Shown: positions 27,031 to 37,503, counted from the stretch's first letter. The stretch is DNA of 64,000 nucleotides from Nitrospira japonica (GCA_020723105.1 DYJL01000001.1:198273-262272), one strand, 5' to 3'. A program made the numbers and translations. Notes: a model not told the origin generated them from the letters alone.

Positions 27031-28035
27031 ATGGAAAGGAAAATAATTGAAAAAGCAAAAAACATCAACTTAATGTCGTACATCGAGCTCGTGTTAGGGC
27101 TTGTTCCGCAAAGACGTGTATCCGGCGGCACTTTTTACTTCTCGCCGTTCAGGCAGGAGAGTGAAGCTTCATTGCATGTCTCGTTATTAAACGGGATCTG
27201 GCAGTGGTATGACCACGGGAGCGCAAACCGTGATGGCGGAGACACAGTTAAGTTTGTGCTCAAACTCAGGCAATGTTCTTTTAAGGAGGCAGTTGATGAT
27301 CTGCTCAGGTTTGACGGATCAAGCTGTGAGAATGAACAAACACAGCCTGTAAACAGGTCGAAGATTGACACTTCCCGGAATAAGATGAAAAAAATATTCT
27401 GGGCCAGAAAATTCTACAGCCGGCTGCCTAATAATAATGAAAGGCTGATAAGGAGGTACTTTACTGAAAGAAGATTACGATTTTATCCTGAACTGGGCTG
27501 TAAGGTGTATGTCCACTTCAAAGATCAGTTGAGCTACGTTACTTTTCCGCTTCCCAATCCTGAAAAACTCAGAGGGTTGGAGCTCAGGGAGATATGCGGT
27601 CTTGATAAAGAGATAGGTTTAACTGAAGAAAGAAAGAATCGTAAGAATTACGGCACAAAGACCTTGTGGGTATTTAAAAGAGACACATCCCGGATACTGG
27701 TTGCGGAATCAATACTTGATGCGCTTGCCGGAGAGGTCATTCTCAACGATTACAACATATCACTTGCAGCCTTAAATGGGGTAGGGCAGGTATCCCAGCT
27801 TAACCCTTTAATTCAAAGTATGAAGCCCCAAAAAATTGTTTTTGCTCCTGACAGGGACATGCCTGGCAGGGAAACTGAGTTAATCGCTAAAGAAATTTTC
27901 AAAAGAAATAACGTTGAGTATGAAGTTCTTGAGACAAAAGAGAAGGACTTGTTTAGGGCACTTCATTTAGGGAAAGGAGTAAACAATGCTTACGACAGCA
28001 AATCGCAAACTGAATATCTCAAAGAATGCTCTTGA
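27031..28035 (+). CDS. DnaG-like primase (degenerate CHC2 domain + TOPRIM)
   Basis: SPFRQE..AS..V...WYDHG...GGD.V.FV; AESILDALA; APDRD.PG. Confidence 0.75.
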   Translation: MERKIIEKAKNINLMSYIELVLGLVPQRRVSGGTFYFSPFRQESEASLHVSLLNGIWQWYDHGSANRDGGDTVKFVLKLRQCSFKEAVDDLLRFDGSSCENEQTQPVNRSKIDTSRNKMKKIFWARKFYSRLPNNNERLIRRYFTERRLRFYPELGCKVYVHFKDQLSYVTFPLPNPEKLRGLELREICGLDKEIGLTEERKNRKNYGTKTLWVFKRDTSRILVAESILDALAGEVILNDYNISLAALNGVGQVSQLNPLIQSMKPQKIVFAPDRDMPGRETELIAKEIFKRNNVEYEVLETKEKDLFRALHLGKGVNNAYDSKSQTEYLKECS

Positions 28036-30073
28036 GGTATTAAGGAAGCGTTATCTTAAAAAGGATGACCATGGCAATCCGACGGAAACACCGGAAGATT
28101 TGTTCAGGCGTGTTGCAGAGAACATAGCTCATGCAGACAGCTTCTACGGGGCATCCCCTAAAGAAGTAACACAAACTGCAGAGACATTCTATGATCTTAT
28201 CATGAGCTTGCGGTTCTTACCGAACAGCCCTACGCTTATGAACGCAGGAAGGGAATTACAGCAGCTTTCAGCGTGTTTTGTATTGCCCGTCGGTGATTCG
28301 ATGGAGGAAATTTTCGAGGCTTTAAAGAAGGCCGCTCTGATTCATCAAAGCGGCGGAGGTACGGGATTTTCGTTCAGCAGGCTTCGTCCGAAAGACGATA
28401 TGGTTTCAACAACAAAGGGAAAGGCAAGTGGGCCTATATCTTTTATGGAGGTCTTTGATTCAGCAACGAATACTGTCAAACAGGGTGGGACCCGCAGGGG
28501 CGCAAACATGGGGATTTTGAGAGTGGATCATCAGGACATCTTGGAGTTCATCTCCTGCAAAGGCGAAGAGGGAAGGCTGCAAAATTTCAACATTTCTATA
28601 GCCATAACCAACAGTTTCATGCAGGCGCTAAAGGAAGAAAAGATGTACCGTCTCATAAACCCGCGCACAAAGAAAGTTGTTAAAGAGCTTTCGGCAAGAG
28701 AGGTATTCAACAGGATTGTTGATATGGCATGGAAAAACGGAGAGCCGGGGATTATCTTCATTGACAGGATCAATGAGAAAAATCCCACTCCTCATGCAGG
28801 TGAGATAGAAGCCACTAATCCATGCGGAGAACAGCCTCTTTTGCCATATGAGTCCTGTAATCTTGGTTCCATCAATCTTTCACTGATGGTTGATAGTGCC
28901 TCCGTAAACTGGAAGTTACTTGAGGATACTATAAAAACTGCGGTGCATTTTCTGGATAACGTCATAGACATGAACAAGTACCCACTGTCTCAGATAGAGA
29001 CCGTCACCAAACTCAACAGGAAGATCGGACTCGGGGTTATGGGATGGGCTGATATGCTTCTTAAAATGAGAATTAAGTATAGCTCAGATGAGGCAGTCAA
29101 GCTTGCTGAAAAGGTAATGAGTTTCATTCAGGCTGTAGCATATGATGCATCTGCTGAACTTGCAATGAAAAGAGGGGCGTTCCCCAACTGGAAGGGAAGC
29201 ATCCACAACGGAGATAACGGTAGAAAACTCAGAAATGCCTCAATCACAACCATTGCCCCTACGGGAAGCATCAGCATAATTGCTGGTTGCTCTTCAGGCA
29301 TTGAGCCTGTCTTTGCATGGCAGCATAAAAGCAAACAGGTGGATACGGAGTTTACATGGGAACATCCCATATGGGCGTTGTATAAGGATAAGGATTTACT
29401 TCCCGAGTACTTTGTTAAGGCTGACCAGATTCCAACCGAATGGCACGTCAAGATGCAGGCCGCTTTCCAGAGGAACACTGATAATGCCGTCTCAAAAACG
29501 GTAAATCTGCCTAACTCGGCGACCAGAGAGGATGTTGCAAAGACCTATCTGCTGGCGTATGAGTTTGGATGTAAAGGCATCACAGTCTACCGTGATGGAA
29601 GCCGGGAAGAACAGGTTTTGACAACTACAGACAGACAAATTGCAAAGAAAGGCAAGAGCGGGAAGGAGACCTTGCCTGAGGTGATTGATGAGAAAAGGGT
29701 TGTGGTTCCGACAAAAGAAGGTAAATATTACATCCATCTAAGCCATGTTAATGGAACGCCGAAAGAGATATTCGTCACTGTTCCTCCGATTGGCAAATCG
29801 AGGGCGTGGGTTGAATGTATCTCAAGGCTGATATCCATTGCTATGCGAGCCGGAGTTTCCTGCGAGGCTCTTATTGATCAGCTCTATAAGAGCTATTTGC
29901 AGTATGGAGACGTAACATCACCATTGCTGCATATCAATAAAGGTCTGACAAAGGCGCTTGAGTCATTAAACAGAAAGCCCAACTTTGAGATCACATGCAC
30001 TGACTGCGGCGGAGTAATGATTCTGGAAGAAGGATGTATGAAGTGCTACTCATGCGGCGCAAGCGCCTGCTGA
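27986..30073 (+). CDS. nrdJ: Class II (B12-dependent) ribonucleotide reductase with C-terminal Zn ribbon
   Basis: FLPNSPTLMNAG, LSACFV, QGGTRRGANM, TNPCGEQPL, ESCNLGSINL, TIAPTG, SKTVN, CTDCG..EEGCMKCYSCG. Confidence 0.92.
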   Translation: MLTTANRKLNISKNALEVLRKRYLKKDDHGNPTETPEDLFRRVAENIAHADSFYGASPKEVTQTAETFYDLIMSLRFLPNSPTLMNAGRELQQLSACFVLPVGDSMEEIFEALKKAALIHQSGGGTGFSFSRLRPKDDMVSTTKGKASGPISFMEVFDSATNTVKQGGTRRGANMGILRVDHQDILEFISCKGEEGRLQNFNISIAITNSFMQALKEEKMYRLINPRTKKVVKELSAREVFNRIVDMAWKNGEPGIIFIDRINEKNPTPHAGEIEATNPCGEQPLLPYESCNLGSINLSLMVDSASVNWKLLEDTIKTAVHFLDNVIDMNKYPLSQIETVTKLNRKIGLGVMGWADMLLKMRIKYSSDEAVKLAEKVMSFIQAVAYDASAELAMKRGAFPNWKGSIHNGDNGRKLRNASITTIAPTGSISIIAGCSSGIEPVFAWQHKSKQVDTEFTWEHPIWALYKDKDLLPEYFVKADQIPTEWHVKMQAAFQRNTDNAVSKTVNLPNSATREDVAKTYLLAYEFGCKGITVYRDGSREEQVLTTTDRQIAKKGKSGKETLPEVIDEKRVVVPTKEGKYYIHLSHVNGTPKEIFVTVPPIGKSRAWVECISRLISIAMRAGVSCEALIDQLYKSYLQYGDVTSPLLHINKGLTKALESLNRKPNFEITCTDCGGVMILEEGCMKCYSCGASAC

Positions 30074-30127
30074 GTCCGCACGATTCAAAGTAAGGGCGTA
30101 TGGGATTTCCTGTACGTCCTTTTTTGT
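29904..30127 (+). repeat. Copy 1 of a ~220-bp diverged direct repeat (nrdJ 3' end + terminator)
   Basis: Aligns with 35594-35811, e.g. taatgattctggaagaaggatgtatgaagtg and aagggcgtatggga...ctgtacgtcctttttt. Confidence 0.85.
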
Positions 30128-30253
30128 TTTTCGAATAGCTTGAAATTGGTCGCATGAAAAGTAAATGACTTCCCCTTTTCATCAGATGATCCCTTTCATT
30201 ATTGAAAATTATTTGCAGCAATATTAGCATGAAGAAATCGTGAAAGTTTCCTC

Positions 30254-31174
30254 TTAAAGTCCTCTCCGTTTTCTTTTCGGGGGCGTATTTTTGGCCAACA
30301 CCTTCTTTGTTTTCCTTGCGCCTTTCTTTCGTAAAGTGTCTTTTGCAGATGACCTGCCTTTCGCGGAGGTTGCAGTCTTCCTGGTGTTTCGAGACGAAAT
30401 GGAAACAGCGCTCTCTGATGAGACCGATGAAGAAACCTCTAAATCATGTTCGAGCTCGATGCCGAATGTTTGGGACAAATTAGCTTCCTCAATGATCCTG
30501 GAGCTTTTCTTTGACGCCAGGGCCAGAAGTTTTTGCTTATGCTCCGAGATAGCCTGCCCTATCAGTTCGCCCATTTCCACGTTCCGCATTTTGAAAAACA
30601 ACGCTGGACTCTCATCGAGCCGCGCCCCTATACCATAAAGAGCTGCCGCCACGTGCTTACACATACCGGCCCAGTCAGGACAGGAGCAACTAAATTTGAT
30701 TTCCTTTGGCGACGGGAACATGCCTGAATCCTTATGAGTAAATATTTCTGCCATCGTTTTGGGAAAGCTCCCGTTGATGAGCTCTCGCAAAGATTCAAGC
30801 ATTCCCTGACATTGATTTATGATTGTCTGCCAAATATCTTTCTTTAGAGTTTTTATGCTGATGACCACTGAATAAGGGCTTGACTGTGATCCCTGGACAG
30901 ACGCCAGAACTTCCCCGGAGTCGATCTGCAGATCAAGTACCGCGCCGTGGCGGACGTAGCTCCGTCCCCTGCCGATGCGGTTATGGTAATCGGCGTATCG
31001 CTCAAGATTGCGGTTCCAGGCCTTGCCCCACCAGGTGCATGCAATAGCTGTGCCCTGAAGGATCACCGGCTTCAGGTTCGGGTTCTTCTTTGACAACTGC
31101 TTAAGTTTCTTCGCTGCCTTTGCCTTTTTCTCGGCTACGGATACATATCGAGGAAACCTATCCCAGTAAGACAT
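30254..31174 (-). CDS. SWIM zinc-finger protein
   Basis: TWWGKAW, NRIGRGRSY, CSCPDWAGMCKHVAA. Confidence 0.88.
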   Translation of the reverse strand: MSYWDRFPRYVSVAEKKAKAAKKLKQLSKKNPNLKPVILQGTAIACTWWGKAWNRNLERYADYHNRIGRGRSYVRHGAVLDLQIDSGEVLASVQGSQSSPYSVVISIKTLKKDIWQTIINQCQGMLESLRELINGSFPKTMAEIFTHKDSGMFPSPKEIKFSCSCPDWAGMCKHVAAALYGIGARLDESPALFFKMRNVEMGELIGQAISEHKQKLLALASKKSSRIIEEANLSQTFGIELEHDLEVSSSVSSESAVSISSRNTRKTATSAKGRSSAKDTLRKKGARKTKKVLAKNTPPKRKRRGL

Positions 31175-31274
31175 TTATTATGCTCCTTACAGATTTATTA
31201 ATGGCAACGACTCTCGTCTGTCTTGCGAACCGCAAAGTGCGCAAAGGAATAAACAGAGCTATTTTATCACAGGG

Positions 31275-33944
31275 TCATACAGACAGGGAAAAAAGTTCAA
31301 TCAGAGCATCATTGTCCATCTCCGTTATCCAGTCCTCTCCTACTGATTGAATCACTTCCTGAGCCAGTTTTATCTTGCCTTCTATCATCCTGTCGATCTT
31401 TTCTTCAATCGTACCTTCTGTGATGAATTTGTGGACGACAACGCCTTTTTTCTGGCCTATCCTAAAGGCCCTGTCGGTAGCCTGATTCTCTACCGCCGGG
31501 TTCCACCAGCGGTCAAAGTGTATGACATGATTTGCCGCCGTAAGGTTCAGACCCACTCCACCTGCTTTTAATGAGAGTACCATGAAAGGTACATAAGCGG
31601 CGTTCTGGAATTTATCGATCAAGCCTTTTCTCTTTGCCACGGCGGTGCCGCCGTGCAGGATGAGGCCTTCCCTTCCGAACACGATGTCAAGGAATGCCTT
31701 GAGTGGCTCGGTTATTTCCCTGAACTGAGTGAAGACCAGGACCTTTTCCCTCTTTCCAAGGATGGTTTCGCAGATCTCTCTAAGCCTGCCGAATTTGCCG
31801 CTTTCTTCTTCATCGTACCCGTCTGTTCCAAGATACTGATCAGGGTGATTGCAGAGCTGTTTGAATTTCATGAGCGAGGAGAGGACTATGCCTTTGCGCT
31901 GAATGCCCTCGGTCCGATCTATCGTCTCTTTAAGCTCACGGACCATTTCTTTATAGAGGAGAAGCTGCTTCTTGCTTAAAGATGCATACGTCTTCATTTC
32001 GACCTTTTCGGGCAGGTCTGAAATAACCGCCCTGTCGGTTTTCAGACGTCTCAGAATATAGGGGCTGATAATCCGCCTCAGTCTTGCGTAGCCATCGGGA
32101 GACTGATGCAGCGCCTTTGCGAATTTGACGAACTCTTGAGCGCCTCCGAGCAGTCCGGGGTTAATGAAGTCGAACAGGGACCAAAGATCGGACAGCCTGT
32201 TTTCAACCGGAGTGCCTGTCATGATTAGCCTGTTTTGGGCCTTGAGCCTTTTTATGCTCCGCGTCTGCTTTGCTCCGGGGTTCTTAATAGCTTGGGCTTC
32301 GTCGAGTATGATGTAGTTCCATTCACACTCATGAAGCCACTCATATCTCTGCGCAAGGGAGTAGGTCGTAATGACAAGATCGATTCCCTTCAGTGAATCA
32401 CGGTCATTCGGCTCTATCTTTCTTTCTGTGGGCGCTCCAGGATGCGCGATACAAAAAATCAGGTCCGGCGCAAAGCGGGTGAGCTCATTCTCCCAATTCG
32501 AAATGAGGGACGCGGGCACGACGAGCAGGCTCGGCAGTCGCGGGTTTTGCGATTTAATAATAGTGAGCAGCCCGATTACCTGGACGGTCTTTCCAAGCCC
32601 CATGTCATCCGCCAGACAGATACCAAGTCTTAAAGAATGGAGAAAGGCAAGCCAGTTCACTCCTTTCTGCTGATACGGCCTCAGGTCGGCCTTTAATGCC
32701 TTCCCCGTCTGAGTAAAATCTATCGACTCGGGGCTGCGGAGCTTTTTCAGCACAGTATCGAGCCATTTGCCGTTTGTCAATTCAATATCCTGCGACTGGT
32801 CGGAAACTCCCAAAGCGGATTTCGGATCCAACTGCATACGCATGGCGTCTCTGAAGCTGAATTCGCCTGCCGCAATCATATCACGCGCCTTCTCGTATGC
32901 ATCGAGGGTTTGCTTCAATTTCTCTGGATCAACCGCCACCCATCTGTTTTTGATCCAGGCGAGACCTTCCGATTTCAGGAGCAGCCGCCGGGCTTCATCT
33001 TCAGGGATGGCCGTGTCTCCAAGAAGGAGCTCTGGTCTAAAATCAAGGAGGGCGTCCATTCCGACGTGAGAAGGCTGCTTATCTCCGGCAGTTAAACGAA
33101 GTCTTACTCCCTGAGTGGGGCCTTTCCACCAGTTCGGGATCCTGCAAAGTATCCCGGCATTCTCATAGATTGAGGCCTCTTTTAAGAAGGTGTATGCCTC
33201 TTGCGTTGTCATTAAAAGAGGATGAAAGATTTCCCCGGATTCCACCAACTCGCTGATGAATCTGCTCTCCTTGGCAGCTAAGTGGACCGTTGAAAGCAGA
33301 TCCAGGAGCTTTTGATTGTCGCTGCCGAATTCTTCGAGAGCATATTTCAAAGGGACGTGTCTGGATGCGCCCCGGGTGTTGAGGCCTGTCGAATAGGTGG
33401 CCAGGAAGGCAAAAGGGGCATCGTCCTTTTTGCTCTCGACAAGATGGAAATAGACCCGACCTATAAGATGCACATTCGGACTGTAAGACCTGATGAACTC
33501 CTCGACAGTCCCTTTATAATGTCTGACACCCTCCGAAAAACATCTGTTAAGTCCACCCCATATGTTTTCAAGGAGGTCAGCATTCAGATACTCAGCGCCG
33601 GTCATGAGGGGCGCGCTGTCAATTACAGAGCAGGCTTCGTCGGATAAAAGCGAGACTGTGACGCTCTCCCTGATCTGCTCCATATCCGGCGTCATCCTTA
33701 TCTTTTCTGCGAACAGGCCTGCAAATGCACGCCAGAAATTGACCGAATCGGAAAGCTGAATAGATTTGTCACTGAACCCGATGAAAAGAAATGCTGAGGC
33801 CTTGTCAGCACTGAACCGCCGGAATATTTCCTGTTCCAATAACTGGCGACTCTTAGTGACCTGTTCTTCCGACGGCGACCATTCAAGCTGGACGTCGCCG
33901 CCCGGCATTATGACTGCGTGCAATTCCCTGTTCATAAGAGGCAT
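31275..33944 (-). CDS. SNF2-family helicase/ATPase
   Basis: LRPYQ, LADDMGLGKT, DEAQ, TGTPVEN, GGVGLNL, WWNPAVENQATDRAFRIGQ. Confidence 0.93.
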   Translation of the reverse strand: MPLMNRELHAVIMPGGDVQLEWSPSEEQVTKSRQLLEQEIFRRFSADKASAFLFIGFSDKSIQLSDSVNFWRAFAGLFAEKIRMTPDMEQIRESVTVSLLSDEACSVIDSAPLMTGAEYLNADLLENIWGGLNRCFSEGVRHYKGTVEEFIRSYSPNVHLIGRVYFHLVESKKDDAPFAFLATYSTGLNTRGASRHVPLKYALEEFGSDNQKLLDLLSTVHLAAKESRFISELVESGEIFHPLLMTTQEAYTFLKEASIYENAGILCRIPNWWKGPTQGVRLRLTAGDKQPSHVGMDALLDFRPELLLGDTAIPEDEARRLLLKSEGLAWIKNRWVAVDPEKLKQTLDAYEKARDMIAAGEFSFRDAMRMQLDPKSALGVSDQSQDIELTNGKWLDTVLKKLRSPESIDFTQTGKALKADLRPYQQKGVNWLAFLHSLRLGICLADDMGLGKTVQVIGLLTIIKSQNPRLPSLLVVPASLISNWENELTRFAPDLIFCIAHPGAPTERKIEPNDRDSLKGIDLVITTYSLAQRYEWLHECEWNYIILDEAQAIKNPGAKQTRSIKRLKAQNRLIMTGTPVENRLSDLWSLFDFINPGLLGGAQEFVKFAKALHQSPDGYARLRRIISPYILRRLKTDRAVISDLPEKVEMKTYASLSKKQLLLYKEMVRELKETIDRTEGIQRKGIVLSSLMKFKQLCNHPDQYLGTDGYDEEESGKFGRLREICETILGKREKVLVFTQFREITEPLKAFLDIVFGREGLILHGGTAVAKRKGLIDKFQNAAYVPFMVLSLKAGGVGLNLTAANHVIHFDRWWNPAVENQATDRAFRIGQKKGVVVHKFITEGTIEEKIDRMIEGKIKLAQEVIQSVGEDWITEMDNDALIELFSLSV

Positions 33945-33945
33945 C

Positions 33946-35331
33946 TCAGAACATTTCCATCGCGGAGATCAATAAAACCTGCTCCCTCTTAGCCCTTTCT
34001 CTTAAAGCATCCGTATAGCCTGATCTTGAAAACAGCATGAAATACTCTTTCCTCTTCCCTTTGTTCAATTCCACAAGGGATGCCTTCCTCTTTAGATCGT
34101 CCAGGATATTGACTCCGACCGGCTTCTTGCTCCACTTGGCCTCGCCAAAATATATTCCTTTGTTTTCCTCATCGATGGCGATTATGTCAATCTCCTCATT
34201 CTTCTGCCACCACCTGCCTATTGAGGTAAACCTGATTTTGCCGTCCCTCATCATATCCAAACAATATCCCTTGCACACGTCCTCGAATACAAATGAAAGA
34301 TGTTGGTCAAAGGTTTCCTTTATCATCCGCAGCACTTCCCCTCCTTTGCCGATTTCGAGTCTGCTCCTGTTCGGAAAGACATATTTGAACCAGAATTCAA
34401 AGAACCGGTCGTGAATTCTATAAAGTCCCATCTTGCTCTTTTCGGGATATTTTTCGGTTACCGGCACCTCTTTTTCAACGAGCCTGAGACCACGAAGAAT
34501 TTCGAGATACCTTGAAAGAAGACTCTTTTCAAACGCGGTGTCGTTGATAATCTCCGAGAGCTTTCTTTTCCCCTGCGCGATTGATCTCAGAATGACAAAG
34601 TAGTTCCTCGGCTCCCTCAGCTCCTCGCGCAGCAGGTATTCCACCTCGTTATAAAGGAATGTCCCTCTGTCCAGTATAAGCTCTTCTATATTTTGGAATA
34701 TATCTTTTTCGGGATTGAGCTTTTCAAGATAAGCCGGGATCGTTCCGGTCACCCCGAAGATGGAAACGAGCTCATCTATTTCTTTATCGGGGAAGAACTC
34801 TTTCAGACAATTAAATCCCATCTCCCTGAGCTCGAGGGCTCCCGTTCTTCTTCCATAAAGGGGGGCCTTGTAGAAAAGCACCTCCCTCTCCATCATCCCG
34901 ATGCTTGAACCCATAAGGATGAGGAACAGCTTTGTGTCTTTGAAATACTGGTCAATCCCCTTCTGGAATATGGAGGAGATTGCCTTGTTTGAGTTCACAA
35001 GATAGGGGAATTCATCTATTACAATGAGCGTTCTCTCTTTTGTCCTTTTTTTCAGGTAGTCAAAGAACTGATACCAGTCTTTGAACCCTGTTTCTGCAAG
35101 GAAGGTGTCATCAAAGAAAGCGCCTACCTCTCTGCCGAGGAGTTTTAGTTGCTCTTGTTCGGCAACGCTGTCGGCAAGGAAGTATATGGCCGGCTTCTCT
35201 TTAATGAATTCCTGAACAAGTCTTGTCTTCCCAATCCTTCTTCTTCCGTAAATAGGGATAAACTGGAATTTGTCTTCCCTGTATAATCCTTCAAGGATTT
35301 TAAGCTCTTCTTTTCTGTCAACAAATTTCAT
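33946..35331 (-). CDS. Archaeal-type AAA ATPase with wHTH and DUF234/PD-(D/E)XK C-terminus
   Basis: FVDRKEEL, YGRRRIGKT, IDEFPY, PLYGRRT, GRWW...EEIDI...GEAKW; likely start MKFVDR. Confidence 0.88.
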   Translation of the reverse strand: MKFVDRKEELKILEGLYREDKFQFIPIYGRRRIGKTRLVQEFIKEKPAIYFLADSVAEQEQLKLLGREVGAFFDDTFLAETGFKDWYQFFDYLKKRTKERTLIVIDEFPYLVNSNKAISSIFQKGIDQYFKDTKLFLILMGSSIGMMEREVLFYKAPLYGRRTGALELREMGFNCLKEFFPDKEIDELVSIFGVTGTIPAYLEKLNPEKDIFQNIEELILDRGTFLYNEVEYLLREELREPRNYFVILRSIAQGKRKLSEIINDTAFEKSLLSRYLEILRGLRLVEKEVPVTEKYPEKSKMGLYRIHDRFFEFWFKYVFPNRSRLEIGKGGEVLRMIKETFDQHLSFVFEDVCKGYCLDMMRDGKIRFTSIGRWWQKNEEIDIIAIDEENKGIYFGEAKWSKKPVGVNILDDLKRKASLVELNKGKRKEYFMLFSRSGYTDALRERAKREQVLLISAMEMF

Positions 35332-35342
35332 TCCGCCTCTCA

Positions 35343-35376
35343 AGTATAATCACGATTAGTATAATGTGGATTATAC
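35343..35376. promoter_or_regulatory. Tandem/palindromic operator upstream of the ATPase gene
   Basis: agtataatcacgatt-agtataatgtggatt 15-bp tandem; gtataatc/gattatac inverted pair. Confidence 0.45.
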
Positions 35377-35593
35377 ATAATATCGTGGTGCAATGCAATA
35401 TAAGGGGTTTTCTTTCGGAATGTCAGTATGACGGAAGTCCCGGTCGTTAAGGAGCGTGAAGAAATCGTGAAAGAAAATTATCAAAAACAATATAATTACG
35501 ACGAATAATATAGGAATAGGAAATGGGGCCAACTAAAAGACAGGTAATAATTATTTAGTATTTTCAGGCGCTTGCAAGGTTCCTTGGTTGAGA

Positions 35594-35811
35594 ATGGAGA
35601 TGTAACGTCTTCTCTACTGCATATCAATAAATGCCTGTCAAAGGCTCTTGAGTCATTAAACCTGAAGCCTCATTATGAAATAACATGCACCGACTGCGGA
35701 GGGATAATGATTCTGGAAGAAGGATGTATGAAGTGTTACACATGCGGCGCGAGCGTCTGCTGAAATTGAATTGAAGGGCGTATGGGAATTTCTGTACGTC
35801 CTTTTTTTTGC
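35594..35811 (+). pseudogene. Orphan nrdJ 3' fragment with terminator (repeat copy 2)
   Basis: GDVTSSLLHINKCLSKALESLN...CTDCGGIMILEEGCMKCYTCGASVC matches the nrdJ C-terminus. Confidence 0.88.
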
Positions 35812-35967
35812 TTTTAAAATGTATTCCTTGGAAGTTTGATTAACATTAGCGGGGTGCTGAGATAGGGATCATCAAAAATGGATAAATATGTAGAACATAA
35901 CCTATCAAACTCGAATACATTAAATTTACATCTTGCCCCCCCTCTGAATATTGCAACGGTTTCTTCC

Positions 35968-37077
35968 TTAGAACCAGATCTTCACCGGGCAATGGTCCGA
36001 GATGTTGTTCTTCCAATCCTTCTCGATTTCCTTAAACCGTTTGTGGTCAAATGGTAACTTCGATTTCTCCGGCGCAGTAGAACCTGGCTGTGAAGTAACG
36101 GGGTCTTCTTCAAAATGGATCAGGGTTGCTGGAAGGATATTGCCAGATTTTCCTGCCTTATAAGATAAACCTCTGCGTTCAATATGCGGTTTTTTCTTTT
36201 CATCATTCTGTACTTCCTTTTTAATCCTTTGTGCTAATGCCTTTGATACCAAAATAAAATCGATTTGTGAAACGCGATTCTTATCGCGCCAGAAATATGT
36301 CCATGCGTCATCCTCTGCTCTATATTCCTGAATGACATTACTTAGATAAGGAGATTCGATTAAAGGCTTTATATATGGACTATACGGAGTATCATTAAAG
36401 TCCCCAACAACAGCATAAAGTGCAGAATCATGTTCACCTTTGAAACGATCTTCTATTTGTTCAGAAACAGTTTTTGCCTGTAATTTCCTCTGCCCATGAC
36501 TTTCACTGATGCGGACATGGTATTTTGCATTTGATTCATTTTTCTTTTTTATTACCAGTTTTGATTTCAAATGATTGACGAAGAGAGTAAGTTTTTCACC
36601 ACCGTGCAATATAAAGGTCACTTCAAGACAATCACGGCTAAATATCCTTTTTCCGTTCTTGGTTTCATCAATATGACTTCTTATATCTTTAATAGGAAAC
36701 GTGGATAGGACTCCAACATCTATATTCCTCGGGTCGTACCCGTCAATCAATAATGAATACTGATAATAGCTTTTGAGGTAGTTTTCATTAAACGCGCGTA
36801 TCGCATCCATGTTTTCTACTTCCTGAAGGCATAGTATATCAGGCAACTGCCCGTCTGGTTCTTTCAATGCCTTTACAGCTATCTTTCGTCTCTCTGGTTC
36901 CCAGATGATAAAATTATTTGGCAAATATTTACCAAATGCCTTTTCAGGAATATATCCCATCGTTGCTGCTTCTGATGCTTCAACCAGAGATTTTTTCGAC
37001 ATGTCGCCAGGGTAGGTCTTGCTGAACTTATACCTAAGAAAAAAATTGTTGGCGTTGAAAGTTGCTAAAGATGGCAT
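35968..37077 (-). CDS. Endonuclease/exonuclease/phosphatase (EEP) family protein
   Basis: ATFNANN, CLQEVE, FSRDCL, NHLKSK, GDFND, IDFIL, SDHCPV; AGGAGG RBS. Confidence 0.88.
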   Translation of the reverse strand: MPSLATFNANNFFLRYKFSKTYPGDMSKKSLVEASEAATMGYIPEKAFGKYLPNNFIIWEPERRKIAVKALKEPDGQLPDILCLQEVENMDAIRAFNENYLKSYYQYSLLIDGYDPRNIDVGVLSTFPIKDIRSHIDETKNGKRIFSRDCLEVTFILHGGEKLTLFVNHLKSKLVIKKKNESNAKYHVRISESHGQRKLQAKTVSEQIEDRFKGEHDSALYAVVGDFNDTPYSPYIKPLIESPYLSNVIQEYRAEDDAWTYFWRDKNRVSQIDFILVSKALAQRIKKEVQNDEKKKPHIERRGLSYKAGKSGNILPATLIHFEEDPVTSQPGSTAPEKSKLPFDHKRFKEIEKDWKNNISDHCPVKIWF

Positions 37078-37383
37078 GGTTTTCCCCTCCTTTATTTTCC
37101 GTTGATTGCTTAGATAATTAAATCAGGAACTAACTATTATTTCAATACTTTTTTATGTTCTTCTTTGATCCGGCACCGACCAATCCCGTACAGATATCAA
37201 AACATCTACCGGATGATGAGTTTGCAGTGTTGAGAGACAACGCAAATCTTTTTGCGTTGACACTTCCTTGAATAATCTTAAAGATTCAAGCTTAAATATT
37301 TTACAATTTTCATTGGAGTGATTTTAATAGTGCTGGGAGAGGATTTGATTATAAAAAAGAGGTTGTGAAAATCAATCTCAAAA

Positions 37384-37503
37384 TTGTGCCCATTTTGTGC
37401 CCGTCAGACCAAAATTAATGCCAATTTCTGCCAACTCTATCCAACATTAAAAAATAGAGTAAGCCCTTGAAATAAGAGCTTAATAGCCTTATTTCAAGGG
37501 CTT
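37384..37503. repeat. att-arm repeats: TTGTGCCC x2 and a 16-bp perfect inverted repeat
   Basis: ttgtgccc at 37384 and 37395; AAGCCCTTGAAATAAG (37461-37476) / CTTATTTCAAGGGCTT (37488-37503). Confidence 0.65.

Noticed and set aside
35572-35763. Independent small zinc-ribbon gene
   Set aside because: It is the duplicated nrdJ tail, with a weak TTG start and no RBS.
35850-35870. GGGGTGCTGAGA as a TPP riboswitch
   Set aside because: The remaining conserved elements (ACCTGA, AGCGTAGG) and a thiamine-related gene are absent.
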